DNA from: Methanobacteriota archaeon
GTDB taxonomy: Archaea > Thermoplasmatota > Poseidoniia > Poseidoniales > Poseidoniaceae
DNA: 60,677 nt
Assembly: GCA_018701175.1 (NCBI GenBank)
Contig: JABIWF010000080.1
Location: 1 to 60,677, forward strand
Reading direction: 5' to 3'
Below, in pieces: positions 33,530 through 42,358 of the stretch. Under the pieces are notes generated by a model, which worked only from the letters and a program-made list of their open reading frames with translations, had not been told where the DNA came from and ran no database searches. The translations under genes were made by a program, and so were the position numbers. Each line of letters opens with the position of its first letter. The stretch's first letter is position 1.

Positions 33530-34771
33530 TCATGCATTGGTTTCTTCCGAATCTGGAAGAGTAAAGGCTTTCTGAGGTACATCAAGCATGGCTTGCCGTA
33601 ATGAATTCCGGAGTTCGGTGAGTTCACCATAGCAAATCAACACATCTTCGTATCGAAGTTGAATATCATCACTTGGATTCCACAGAAGACTGTTGTCTCG
33701 AGACAATGCAAAGACTGGAATCTTCGAGCTGGAATTGAACAGGTCTGCAAGCGGTTGTCCGACCAATTGTGGATGGTTCTTAATTTGTAGAGAAAGCACA
33801 CCAGAACCCGGGACGGTCCGTAGCAATTGGTCGAGGTCAACTTCTGAAAAGGCAGTCTCACTGGTTACATAATCGATGATTTCACCCGCGACATTGACTC
33901 CACTTGCCTTCTCGATTCCTTCGAGACCAGGGGAGGAATTGACTTCGAGAACCAATGGACCATCTTTTGCTTCCAAAAGGTCGACACCAGCGATATGGAG
34001 TCCAAGAACTCGGGCTGCTCTGCACGCTGCTTCTTCAAACTCGGGTGGCAAGTCGACCTTTTCTACTGTACCGTTGAGGTGGTAATTGCTTCTAAATTCG
34101 CGTCCACGCGCCCTTCGGCGCATGCTGGCAACGACTCGATCGCCAACGACCAACGCCCGAATATCCTTGCCGTGTGATTCAGCAATGTATTCTTGAATGA
34201 GAACAGCTCGACCTGTGAGTAACAAACCTTGGACAAGATTTCGTGATTCACGAATCGTGTGGCGAAGGAACACGCCTTGCCCCTGTGTTCCCTGTGTCAC
34301 TTTGATGACAACAGGCAAGCCACCAACAAAATCGACGGCTGTTTCGACATCAATAATGTCACGGACATATGTTGTTCTTGGCACGGGAATCCGATTACGA
34401 GCGAGAATCTGCGAGGCGTGCAATTTATCTCTGCTCTTTAGAATCCCAGCGCCAGTGTTTGCAGTCCAAATACCGAGTTGTTCGAGATGGCGTAACACTG
34501 CAACGCCATGCTTGGTGATTGAATGGCCTATTCGTGGAATAACTGCGTCGTAGTTGAACGGTTCGCCGTTGTGCAAGATGTCTATCCGGCCATCGGCAAC
34601 GAAAAGGGAGAACTTCATTGGGTCGGCAATGTAAGGGTCTAGGCCACGTTTTCTCGCCTCTTCAGCGAGCCTTCGGGTACTGTAGAGTCGGGGTCCACGT
34701 GAGAGGATTGCAAGCCGCAATGCCGAATCACGGGGTGCTCCATCGTCGCGATTTGAGCCGTTCCCCTCCAT
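33530..34771 (-). CDS. RimK-type ATP-grasp alpha-L-glutamate ligase fused to a TrkA_C (RCK C-terminal) domain
   Basis: LRLAILSRGPRLYSTRRL, LPVVIKVTQGTQGQGVFL, IQEYIAESHGKDIRALVVGDRVVASMRR, GREFRSNYHLNG. The C-terminal approx. 90 aa (LSLQIKNHPQLVGQPLADL...LRYEDVLICYGE) look like TrkA_C. The likely start is ATG 34771, not the track start 34921. Confidence 0.8.
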   Translation of the reverse strand: MEGNGSNRDDGAPRDSALRLAILSRGPRLYSTRRLAEEARKRGLDPYIADPMKFSLFVADGRIDILHNGEPFNYDAVIPRIGHSITKHGVAVLRHLEQLGIWTANTGAGILKSRDKLHASQILARNRIPVPRTTYVRDIIDVETAVDFVGGLPVVIKVTQGTQGQGVFLRHTIRESRNLVQGLLLTGRAVLIQEYIAESHGKDIRALVVGDRVVASMRRRARGREFRSNYHLNGTVEKVDLPPEFEEAACRAARVLGLHIAGVDLLEAKDGPLVLEVNSSPGLEGIEKASGVNVAGEIIDYVTSETAFSEVDLDQLLRTVPGSGVLSLQIKNHPQLVGQPLADLFNSSSKIPVFALSRDNSLLWNPSDDIQLRYEDVLICYGELTELRNSLRQAMLDVPQKAFTLPDSEETNA

Positions 34772-34825
34772 GCCCGTCGCAGTTCCTCCGCGCCTTTCAA
34801 GTGCTCGCTTGAAATCGGAGTATAC

Positions 34826-35836
34826 ATGTCCGATGAGGATGCAGCGGCTGCCAGTGAAGAAATTACTGCTGATGCCGATCAAGATGAAGCAGCAGAGGCA
34901 CTTACTCTTGAACAACGCCAAGAGGAACTCAAGAAATCACGATGGAACGTTTTTTTGTGGCTTGGTATTGCTGTTTTGATGTTTTCATTTGCTTTATTCC
35001 CAATGCCGTTTAGTGCTGATTACGATAATTTCACAAACTCTGCTGAGAAAGACATCGGATTTGTATGGGGCCCTTCTCTCCCCGGGGATGATTTGTTTGA
35101 CGCTTCCATGAACTTGGATGTCACCGCATCAAGTCCACCCCCAGAATCAGGTAGCCTTATCGAAGCCTATGCACTCAAGGTCGACAATTGCCAACAAAAT
35201 CTCGGCGAATTTACCGTGATTGCCAAGAACGGCACTGACCATGCCTATCAGCATCAAATCATGGACAAGACGCCAATTACTGGACAAGAGTACACTTTTG
35301 AGTTCTCGTTGGACCCAGGTCAATACTGCATTATTGTCCAATATGTTGATGCCAACGGAGACATCAATTCAAACCCGAACAATGACCTTGCAGTCAGTGG
35401 GAAAGTGTGGTCCAGCCAAACGATTGGTGGATTGCTCGGAATCATTTGTCTATCACTCTCAGCCTTCGCTTTTATCGGAGCACAAAAGCATGGCGCACAC
35501 ATCAAAACAATACTAGAGAAAGGTGATGAATCGACAGAAGAAAAGGTGCTTGCTTCTATTTCGGGTGCTCGAATCGCTTCAGGCCCAACCGGTGCGCCTC
35601 CGGGTGATGGCCCAAGTGGTCCTCCTCCGAGTACTGGTCCGAGCGGCCCACCGTCTCCTTCTGAATCCGCACCAACTGAAACAGTACCAACTGATACTAC
35701 ACCAGCACCCGCTGCCGAAGCAGTGTTTGAACCTGCAGAAAACGGTTATTTCTTCAAGAAATTACCCGACGGTTCATACGATCAAACGGTTTATGTTCAA
35801 AATGCAGACGGATCATATGCACCGCATCAAGGCTAA
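34826..35836 (+). CDS. Hypothetical bitopic membrane protein (acidic N-terminus, ectodomain, second TM, Pro-rich tail)
   Basis: MSDEDAAAASEEITADADQDEAAE..., TM segments VFLWLGIAVLMFSFALF and IGGLLGIICLSLSAFAFIGA, tail GAPPGDGPSGPPPSTGPSGPPSPS. Confidence 0.65.
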   Translation: MSDEDAAAASEEITADADQDEAAEALTLEQRQEELKKSRWNVFLWLGIAVLMFSFALFPMPFSADYDNFTNSAEKDIGFVWGPSLPGDDLFDASMNLDVTASSPPPESGSLIEAYALKVDNCQQNLGEFTVIAKNGTDHAYQHQIMDKTPITGQEYTFEFSLDPGQYCIIVQYVDANGDINSNPNNDLAVSGKVWSSQTIGGLLGIICLSLSAFAFIGAQKHGAHIKTILEKGDESTEEKVLASISGARIASGPTGAPPGDGPSGPPPSTGPSGPPSPSESAPTETVPTDTTPAPAAEAVFEPAENGYFFKKLPDGSYDQTVYVQNADGSYAPHQG

Positions 35837-35933
35837 TCGCTGCACTCTTGCCCTTCGAAATCCATGTTTTACGAGATACATTTGGGGTCATACTTGAAAG
35901 GGAATGACGACAGGCATCATGTGAGGGTTTGGA

Positions 35934-38117
35934 ATGTCGAGTGAGGAAACCTCTTCTTTGACCGTTGCGAAACTCAAAGCATTATGCATCTTGAACGACC
36001 TACCAACGTCCGGAAAAAAGTCCGAACTTGTTGAGCGACTTCTTGAGTTCGGCTTGTCCAAAAAAGAAGTCGGATTACCTCAGCAAGAGGTGGTGGAAAA
36101 AATTACCAAATCCACTCCAAAAGAAGTGTTTGAAGAAGAAATCGTCCTCTCCCTTGAGGACGAAGACACGCTTACTCCAGTTGTTGAAAAGGCAATTGAA
36201 AAGGCAGTTGAACAAGCAGACACATCGCCTCCGGAAATTCTTGATGCCGAGATTCTTGATGCAGACTTCGCTGACGACGAACCAGTGCTCTCCAAAACTT
36301 CTGCTAAGAAAACGGTCCAAAAGACCACAAAGTCAGAACACACCCGAGAGAATCCAACGACTCTTATGGATATGATTCGTAAGCCACAAGTGGCAGCAGT
36401 TCTCCTTGCCGTTGTCATCTTGGGTGCTGGCGGATATTATTACTTGGATAACCAATTGGATTCGTTTACCGCCGATCAGCTCCGATACGGAGATCGAATG
36501 CAGTACCAAATCTCTGGCGACCAGAACGGTCTAGCTACTTTCGTTGCAACAGAAGGTTTTGTTGAACTCGTAATGGACCAAATCGATACGGAAGATGATA
36601 TTTGTAAGATTTCTGCTGAATTTGCCGGTTCCGGTAGTCTTGAAATCACCGAAGGCGGTTCGAGCGAATTGGTCAATGAAGGCGGTTCTAAAGATCGACT
36701 AGGAGCGGTTCGCGTTGTAGGCGGGATGGGTGCTGAATGGCTTTCAGTTGAAAATGTGAACACCAATTCGCTGAATCCGTTCCGTGTGAATCGCCATTTA
36801 TCAATCGGCAATATTTGTGACATCGGTGCAATCACTGCTTCGGGTACAGCAGACCTTACTTCAACAACTCACACAGAATTAAGAAATCAAGATACCAAAT
36901 CTACGCAACTTGAATGGGGATTTGACCTTCCTTCTCCGATTGGGAAGTACCAAGGGACAACTGTGAGTTACGGTGTTGGTGGTTTACTTGGCGGCATTGA
37001 AACACTGGCGCCGGGTCTGGCCCTCATGCTGCAACCTGTTGAAATCCAAGAGTTGTTTGCCAATGACCTCATCGACGAAGGAGCGACTGGAAGCAATCTT
37101 GGTTGGGATTGGAGAGTATTGGGTATTGATGAACTCAACGGCAACCCAGTGTGGAAAATCGTAGCCACTCACCACGATATAGAAGCATATTGTCTTGGAA
37201 CAGCGACAATGAACCTGTGGGTTGAATCTGGAAACCCTTGGGCTGCCAAGCAGACGGTTGATGTACTCATTTCAGAGAATCAGGCCAGCCAATCGGGTTG
37301 CTCTCCTACCTCTCAGTTACTCAACGACTATGTTCTCCCTGATGGGGAACTGGAACTCCATCACACATTCACGAAGTCTTCACTTCAACGTGGCCAAAAG
37401 CAACTCGATTTGGGCCTTACTTATGCATCAATACCGTTGGCCAACCAACTTGGCCCTTCCAGTGATGAATTAGAGACTTGGGGGGATTACGACCTTCACA
37501 TGCCTGACGATACTGCTCTTCGACAACACAGTTTTGAGGACGCCATCGCATGCTTTGATTCCTGGCCAAATACAATTGCGCCTGGAGCCGCTAATGCGTT
37601 AGAGAACGAGGGCTATATTTGGCGAGGTACAACCAAACAAACCTCCCCGACTGTGACGCAGTGGAATGTTTCCTGGGTTGCGTCAGATGAACAAGCCGGA
37701 TGGGTTCAATTTAATTTGACTGGGACTCCAAATGCCGAGAATTGTCAGTACGATAAGCGCGGCGACCTCGACTCCACTGCTTTCAATCGAGATTCAATTC
37801 CAAAGACCCTCAACATTACCTCTCTTGAGTCCCGGTTAACCGATTCTTCAAACTATGGGGTTCTGGCCGGAGATGATCGATTCTTCACATCGTCTGGTGT
37901 ATACCAAGACGGTATTCAGGTTGGTTACCTCATCGCTGTACCTGGCAACGACATCGGCTCTTTATTGTCTCAGATAGGTGATGGCGGAGATGGTGCAGTA
38001 ACGTTGGACATGTCGAAAACGTGGGATGAAGACGGCCTAACCAAGCAGTTGAATCTACTCGCAGATGCCGAAGAAGGCCGACTCATCGGCTGGAGTTTCA
38101 TTACTTCCCGGGTTTGA
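35934..38117 (+). CDS. SAP/HeH-domain protein with one TM and a large extracytoplasmic domain
   Basis: Residues 8-42, LTVAKLKALCILNDLPTSGKKSELVERLLEFGL, match the SAP consensus (L.v.eLr..c..rgL...G.K.eLi.RL). Acidic linker, TM VAAVLLAVVILGAGGYYYL, then about 540 aa of beta-rich sequence. Confidence 0.7.
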   Translation: MSSEETSSLTVAKLKALCILNDLPTSGKKSELVERLLEFGLSKKEVGLPQQEVVEKITKSTPKEVFEEEIVLSLEDEDTLTPVVEKAIEKAVEQADTSPPEILDAEILDADFADDEPVLSKTSAKKTVQKTTKSEHTRENPTTLMDMIRKPQVAAVLLAVVILGAGGYYYLDNQLDSFTADQLRYGDRMQYQISGDQNGLATFVATEGFVELVMDQIDTEDDICKISAEFAGSGSLEITEGGSSELVNEGGSKDRLGAVRVVGGMGAEWLSVENVNTNSLNPFRVNRHLSIGNICDIGAITASGTADLTSTTHTELRNQDTKSTQLEWGFDLPSPIGKYQGTTVSYGVGGLLGGIETLAPGLALMLQPVEIQELFANDLIDEGATGSNLGWDWRVLGIDELNGNPVWKIVATHHDIEAYCLGTATMNLWVESGNPWAAKQTVDVLISENQASQSGCSPTSQLLNDYVLPDGELELHHTFTKSSLQRGQKQLDLGLTYASIPLANQLGPSSDELETWGDYDLHMPDDTALRQHSFEDAIACFDSWPNTIAPGAANALENEGYIWRGTTKQTSPTVTQWNVSWVASDEQAGWVQFNLTGTPNAENCQYDKRGDLDSTAFNRDSIPKTLNITSLESRLTDSSNYGVLAGDDRFFTSSGVYQDGIQVGYLIAVPGNDIGSLLSQIGDGGDGAVTLDMSKTWDEDGLTKQLNLLADAEEGRLIGWSFITSRV

Positions 38118-41100
38118 TTATTTCCAACGCTTTTGACTCGGTGGAGTGTTGCTTTGAGAGCCAGGGCGTCCGTACTGAGACAAACTTGGTGCAGCCCGTA
38201 CATCTGCATACATGGGTGGCATTGGCGGTGAGGCAAAGCCTTGCGGTGATTGCTTTGGCCGATACGGAGGTTGTTTGGGTCCTCTTCGAATGAACAGGAG
38301 TACGAGCAGAAGCAGAACAACGACTGCGCACAAGATCAAGGGGAGCATGTACTCTTCAAACGGGCTGTCAGTGTTCCCTTCGTTCATGTCGGTCGCTGTA
38401 CTGGGATTCTCCTCCTCTGGAGCAGGGGGGTTATACACGGTGTAGTAAACCATCCATGTTTTTTCGAAGTAGCCGTTTTCCTCGAAAACCACCGCCTTGT
38501 ATTCATACGGGCCTGCCGTTCCGTTGTAGGTGCATAATTCCTCAGCCATCGGAGTGACTTGATTTTGGCAATTGAATACCGATTGATTCAGCGTACGGCC
38601 TTCGTCGAGAAGAGTTTGGTTGTTAAACCACTGAACTGTAAGATTGAGTCGGTCAATAGACTCATCAGTCATGTTGAATGAGATTTCAAGATTGAGATTT
38701 TCGCTGGTAGCGTTAATGATGACGTACGGCGTTGACGGCACTGATAGAATGAACGACTCCTTGTCAACCAGTTCATCGATAGCATCGTCACAATCATCGT
38801 CTAGGCCGTTCCAAATTTCAGTTGCCCCAGGATGCCTCAGTGAACTGTTGTCATCGCAGTCAGTAAACCAGTAGAAACCGTCGTTGTCAGCATCTGGGTC
38901 GTATACATTTGGATTTGAGAACGTCGTGAACATTTCTAACCCATCGTTGAGGCCGTCTGCATCGGTATCGTTGTCAAACGGATTCGTATTCAATTCAAGG
39001 AATTCAACCAAATCCAAGAGCCCGTCATCATCTGCATCCGTGCCGATAAAATCCTCATCGGTAGCACCGTCGCAATCGTTATCGATGTTGTCGAGGAGTT
39101 CGAATGCGTTCGGCGAGATGTCAACATTTGTATCATTGCAATCTTGGAACCAGTAGAAACCGTCCATATCTGTATCGTTATCTTTGACTAGAGGGTCGCT
39201 TGAGTAGGTTAGAATTTCAAGGCCATCAATCAACAAATCTCCATCGGTGTCAGCCATTGTGACACTTGTCCCGAAGAGGTGGTACTCAGCGAAATCGGAT
39301 AAGCCATCACTATCCGTGTCGGTGATGTTGAATCCTTCGTCCCATTGACCGTCGCAATTGTCATCAATACCGTTCAACAATTCTGCAGCACCAGGGTAAA
39401 TCATTGGATTGGAGTCGTTGCAATCATCAAACCAGTAGTATCCATCTGAATCGAGATTCGGGTCTGCAACGAGTGGGTCTGTGCCATGAATCAAGACTTC
39501 TGCACCATCGCTGAGAAGATCTCCATCTGTGTCAAAGAGTAAAGGGTCAGTTCCGTTTACAAAAATTTCAACACCATCGGAAAGGCCATCACCATCTGTG
39601 TCATCGAGCAAGGGATTGGTTCCATAGATGAGGACTTCATCTCCATCACCAATGGTGTCGTCATCACTGTCGTAATCTTCAGGATCGGTTCCATACACGT
39701 TTGACTCGTTGAAATTGGTGAGGTTATCGCCGTCTGAGTCAATATCAAGTTCTGTGCCATAGACGACCAATTCCCATGAATCGAGAGTACCGATGTTGCC
39801 GGATCTTTTGTCTTCTACGGTGAGTGTCCATTCTCCTCGACAGTCTTCGTCCCAATTGTGGACCGTTGAAAACCGCCAGTTGTTGTAATCTGCGCCCCCG
39901 TCGTTGTGTTTTTCGCTGAGGACGCTTTGTGTTCCAGATGGGCTGGTGAGAATAACTTCTAAATCGCCGCGTGATTGGTGTGTGATGTCGACAATGACAT
40001 CCACATTCTCAGCTTTTATCGGTTCAGAGACCATGGTATTTACAGTTACAAAGTTGGCATTGTTATCTTGGATGTTGCATTGTGAGCAGGTGAGCGTTCC
40101 GGTCGTGGCTGAAGTTTCGTCGCTCACAGTGGTCCATGTTTCAGAAAGCGTTACTGCAGCACCTGCGTCAACAACGCCAAACCCGTATTTGTGGCTTACA
40201 TCATGACCAGCGCCGTTGGTAGCCCACGAATTAACACTCGCACCCGCATCGTTTTGACGAGATGTGTGAACCAGAATATGCTGAACATCTCTCCACGTTA
40301 AGTTGGGATTCGCCTCAAGCATGAGGGCGATGACGCCTGAAACAAGCGGAGTAGCCGAGGAAGTTCCTCCGAAGGTATCTGTGTAATCGTTCGAAGTATA
40401 GCCTCCCGAACCTTGATTGTCGGTGGTCGTAATACCTTCGCCATCGCCGTTTGATGGCGATGCAACGAGGATGTTTGCACCGGGTTCAGCATAATACGAT
40501 TGAACGCCGTAGTGCGTGACGGCAGTTACTGCGATCGTGTAGCGTAGATTTGCATAACCGTCGTAATTTGAATTGTCATTGTCATCAAGCCCGTTCCCGG
40601 CAGCCCATGTAATGATGTTCCCAAGACCGCCTCTTCCGAGCAAGGCATCGTTTTCCATTGCATCATACATCAACGGCCCTGGACCTTCGAGCGTTTCGCC
40701 ATCGTCACTGGGGCCCCATGAGTTTGAGTAGATGTCAATGTCTTGGCGTTCGTGAGCCAATGCCGATGATTCACGGACGTCCGTTGTGCTGCATGCAATC
40801 AGTTTCAATCCAGCTAGCCCAGCCATTGGAGCAGATCCACTCACGCCGAGGTTGTTGTCTCCAACACCTGCAGCGACGCCAGCTGAAGCAGTACCGTGAG
40901 CCTTATTCGAGGCCGGAGAAGGGTCTCCGTCATCTTGGCAGTAATCGTAATCCAGAGTTGATTCATAATAATCGTCTAAATCGGGATGGTTCCAGTCCAA
41001 GCCATCATCGACGATTCCTATGACTACGCCAGTGCCTTTGTAGGAGTTCCATGCTCCAGTGATGTTGACATCTTCTCCACTGACACCGCTGGTTTGGCCG

Positions 41101-41525
41101 GTATTTTGTAAGTGCCATTGATCTGGAAACTTGGGGTCGTTTGGAACCCACCTTGGAAGCATTTGATTTTCGACGAGGGGGTATGCCGCCTCAATTTCAC
41201 CGTTCAAGATTTGTTGTTCGAACATTTCAGATGCCTCAAACGGATTGACATCGACAATCCATGCTCCTTCGAGTTCACCAGCGGGTTGACCTTGTTCAGA
41301 ATTGGAAATGACGACCCATTGATTGGCTGCATTCAGCTCTTGAATTGAATAGGAATCCATGTTACTTTTCTGTAGCAATGCAGCCTGAAGTGCAGGAGAG
41401 TAACCTTCAATGATGGATTCGGAATGAAATACTTCTGAATCCATCGAGTCCGTTGATTCTATCGCTGACGCCATTGGAGTCAGTAAGGAGCACACCAACA
41501 CGAGAAGAAGTGCCGCAGCGCGCAT
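38118..41525 (-). CDS. Kexin/furin-like subtilase (S8 + P-domain) with thrombospondin-type-3 Ca-binding repeats, Cys-rich repeats, C-terminal TM anchor and Pro-rich tail
   Basis: Catalytic triad regions VIGIVDDGLDWNHPDL, HGTASAGVAAG, GGTSSATPLVSGVIALM. P-domain RGDLEVILTSPSGTQSVL...GEWTLTVEDK..GTLDSWELVVYG. TM LPLILCAVVVLLLLVLLFI. The track ORF extends to 41576; MRAAALLLVLVCSLL at 41525 looks like the signal-peptide start. Confidence 0.9.
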   Translation of the reverse strand: MRAAALLLVLVCSLLTPMASAIESTDSMDSEVFHSESIIEGYSPALQAALLQKSNMDSYSIQELNAANQWVVISNSEQGQPAGELEGAWIVDVNPFEASEMFEQQILNGEIEAAYPLVENQMLPRWVPNDPKFPDQWHLQNTGQTSGVSGEDVNITGAWNSYKGTGVVIGIVDDGLDWNHPDLDDYYESTLDYDYCQDDGDPSPASNKAHGTASAGVAAGVGDNNLGVSGSAPMAGLAGLKLIACSTTDVRESSALAHERQDIDIYSNSWGPSDDGETLEGPGPLMYDAMENDALLGRGGLGNIITWAAGNGLDDNDNSNYDGYANLRYTIAVTAVTHYGVQSYYAEPGANILVASPSNGDGEGITTTDNQGSGGYTSNDYTDTFGGTSSATPLVSGVIALMLEANPNLTWRDVQHILVHTSRQNDAGASVNSWATNGAGHDVSHKYGFGVVDAGAAVTLSETWTTVSDETSATTGTLTCSQCNIQDNNANFVTVNTMVSEPIKAENVDVIVDITHQSRGDLEVILTSPSGTQSVLSEKHNDGGADYNNWRFSTVHNWDEDCRGEWTLTVEDKRSGNIGTLDSWELVVYGTELDIDSDGDNLTNFNESNVYGTDPEDYDSDDDTIGDGDEVLIYGTNPLLDDTDGDGLSDGVEIFVNGTDPLLFDTDGDLLSDGAEVLIHGTDPLVADPNLDSDGYYWFDDCNDSNPMIYPGAAELLNGIDDNCDGQWDEGFNITDTDSDGLSDFAEYHLFGTSVTMADTDGDLLIDGLEILTYSSDPLVKDNDTDMDGFYWFQDCNDTNVDISPNAFELLDNIDNDCDGATDEDFIGTDADDDGLLDLVEFLELNTNPFDNDTDADGLNDGLEMFTTFSNPNVYDPDADNDGFYWFTDCDDNSSLRHPGATEIWNGLDDDCDDAIDELVDKESFILSVPSTPYVIINATSENLNLEISFNMTDESIDRLNLTVQWFNNQTLLDEGRTLNQSVFNCQNQVTPMAEELCTYNGTAGPYEYKAVVFEENGYFEKTWMVYYTVYNPPAPEEENPSTATDMNEGNTDSPFEEYMLPLILCAVVVLLLLVLLFIRRGPKQPPYRPKQSPQGFASPPMPPMYADVRAAPSLSQYGRPGSQSNTPPSQKRWK
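38772..39749 (-). repeat. Coding repeat region: TSP3-like DxDxDGxxDxxE repeats interleaved with three Cys-rich DG(F/Y)YWFxDC(N/D)D...DxxCDxxxDE modules
   Basis: DTDGDGLSDGVE, DTDGDLLSDGAE, DTDSDGLSDFAE, DTDGDLLIDGLE, DTDADGLNDGLE. Also DGYYWFDDCNDSNPMIYPGAAELLNGIDDNCDGQWDE and two paralogous copies. Confidence 0.75.
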
Positions 41526-41556
41526 GATAGTGTCTCGGGGTGAATCCATATTAGCA

Positions 41557-42258
41557 CTATCTCTCGTGAGTTTCAACTTGGCCTGATAGTCTTAAGGCGA
41601 GTTCATCGAAACCTTCCTGCTCGGATTTAAGGGATCGAATGTATCGGGGAATGGTATGCTTTGAATGCAATAAATCATCCATCGAACCAACCCACTCCAA
41701 GGCTTGACTGGGTACTGAAAGAGACGCAGTGTCTGAGGAATGGACACTCCATTCTGAACACCCGTCACCGTTTTCAGAGGCAATTTGAAGGCACCATTTT
41801 TGAGGGAGAATGGAACGATTGCAAACAATGTCATGCCGTTCAGTAAAACGTACTAAGCAATCATTTTGCACGTAATTTACCCCCATGCCCTCAAGCGCTT
41901 CTCTTGATGGCTCGTCTTCAGCACCTAATTGAAACCACACCAGAGGGAAATTTTCCTTTTCGATACGCATGATGAGGTTGCGTACCACTGCGCGGGCTCT
42001 TTCCGGTGCGAGAAATAAAACAACAATCTCGGGAACGACGCCCTCGTCAAGGGCAGGGCGAATGGGAAAACCATCGATGGTTGCGCCTCCATCTTTTGGA
42101 TGAATTGGGGCGACGGCCCATCCTCGCTTTTTCAGTTCAGCAACTGCAGTGTGAGCTGGGCGTTCGCTGTTGAGTCCTGCGCCATAGATATGAACGACTT
42201 TTGAGTCGGAAACAAGAGATGCCAACCGATCTTTGTCCTCTCCCTCCCATGAATCCAT
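41557..42258 (-). CDS. CoA-binding (YccU/CoA_binding_2-like) domain protein with extra C-terminal domain
   Basis: VVHIYGAGLNSERPAHTAVAELKKRGWAVAPIHPK...IVVLFLAPERA...VWFQLGAEDE matches the Rossmann-like CoA-binding domain layout. Confidence 0.65.
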   Translation of the reverse strand: MDSWEGEDKDRLASLVSDSKVVHIYGAGLNSERPAHTAVAELKKRGWAVAPIHPKDGGATIDGFPIRPALDEGVVPEIVVLFLAPERARAVVRNLIMRIEKENFPLVWFQLGAEDEPSREALEGMGVNYVQNDCLVRFTERHDIVCNRSILPQKWCLQIASENGDGCSEWSVHSSDTASLSVPSQALEWVGSMDDLLHSKHTIPRYIRSLKSEQEGFDELALRLSGQVETHER

Positions 42259-42358
42259 GACCGCTAATGATTCGTTTCACTTAAGAAAACTTGTTCGATT
42301 AAACGAAGTAACATTCCTCATCTGCATGTTTCAAGACATCAAACCTCTACGGCGTTGC

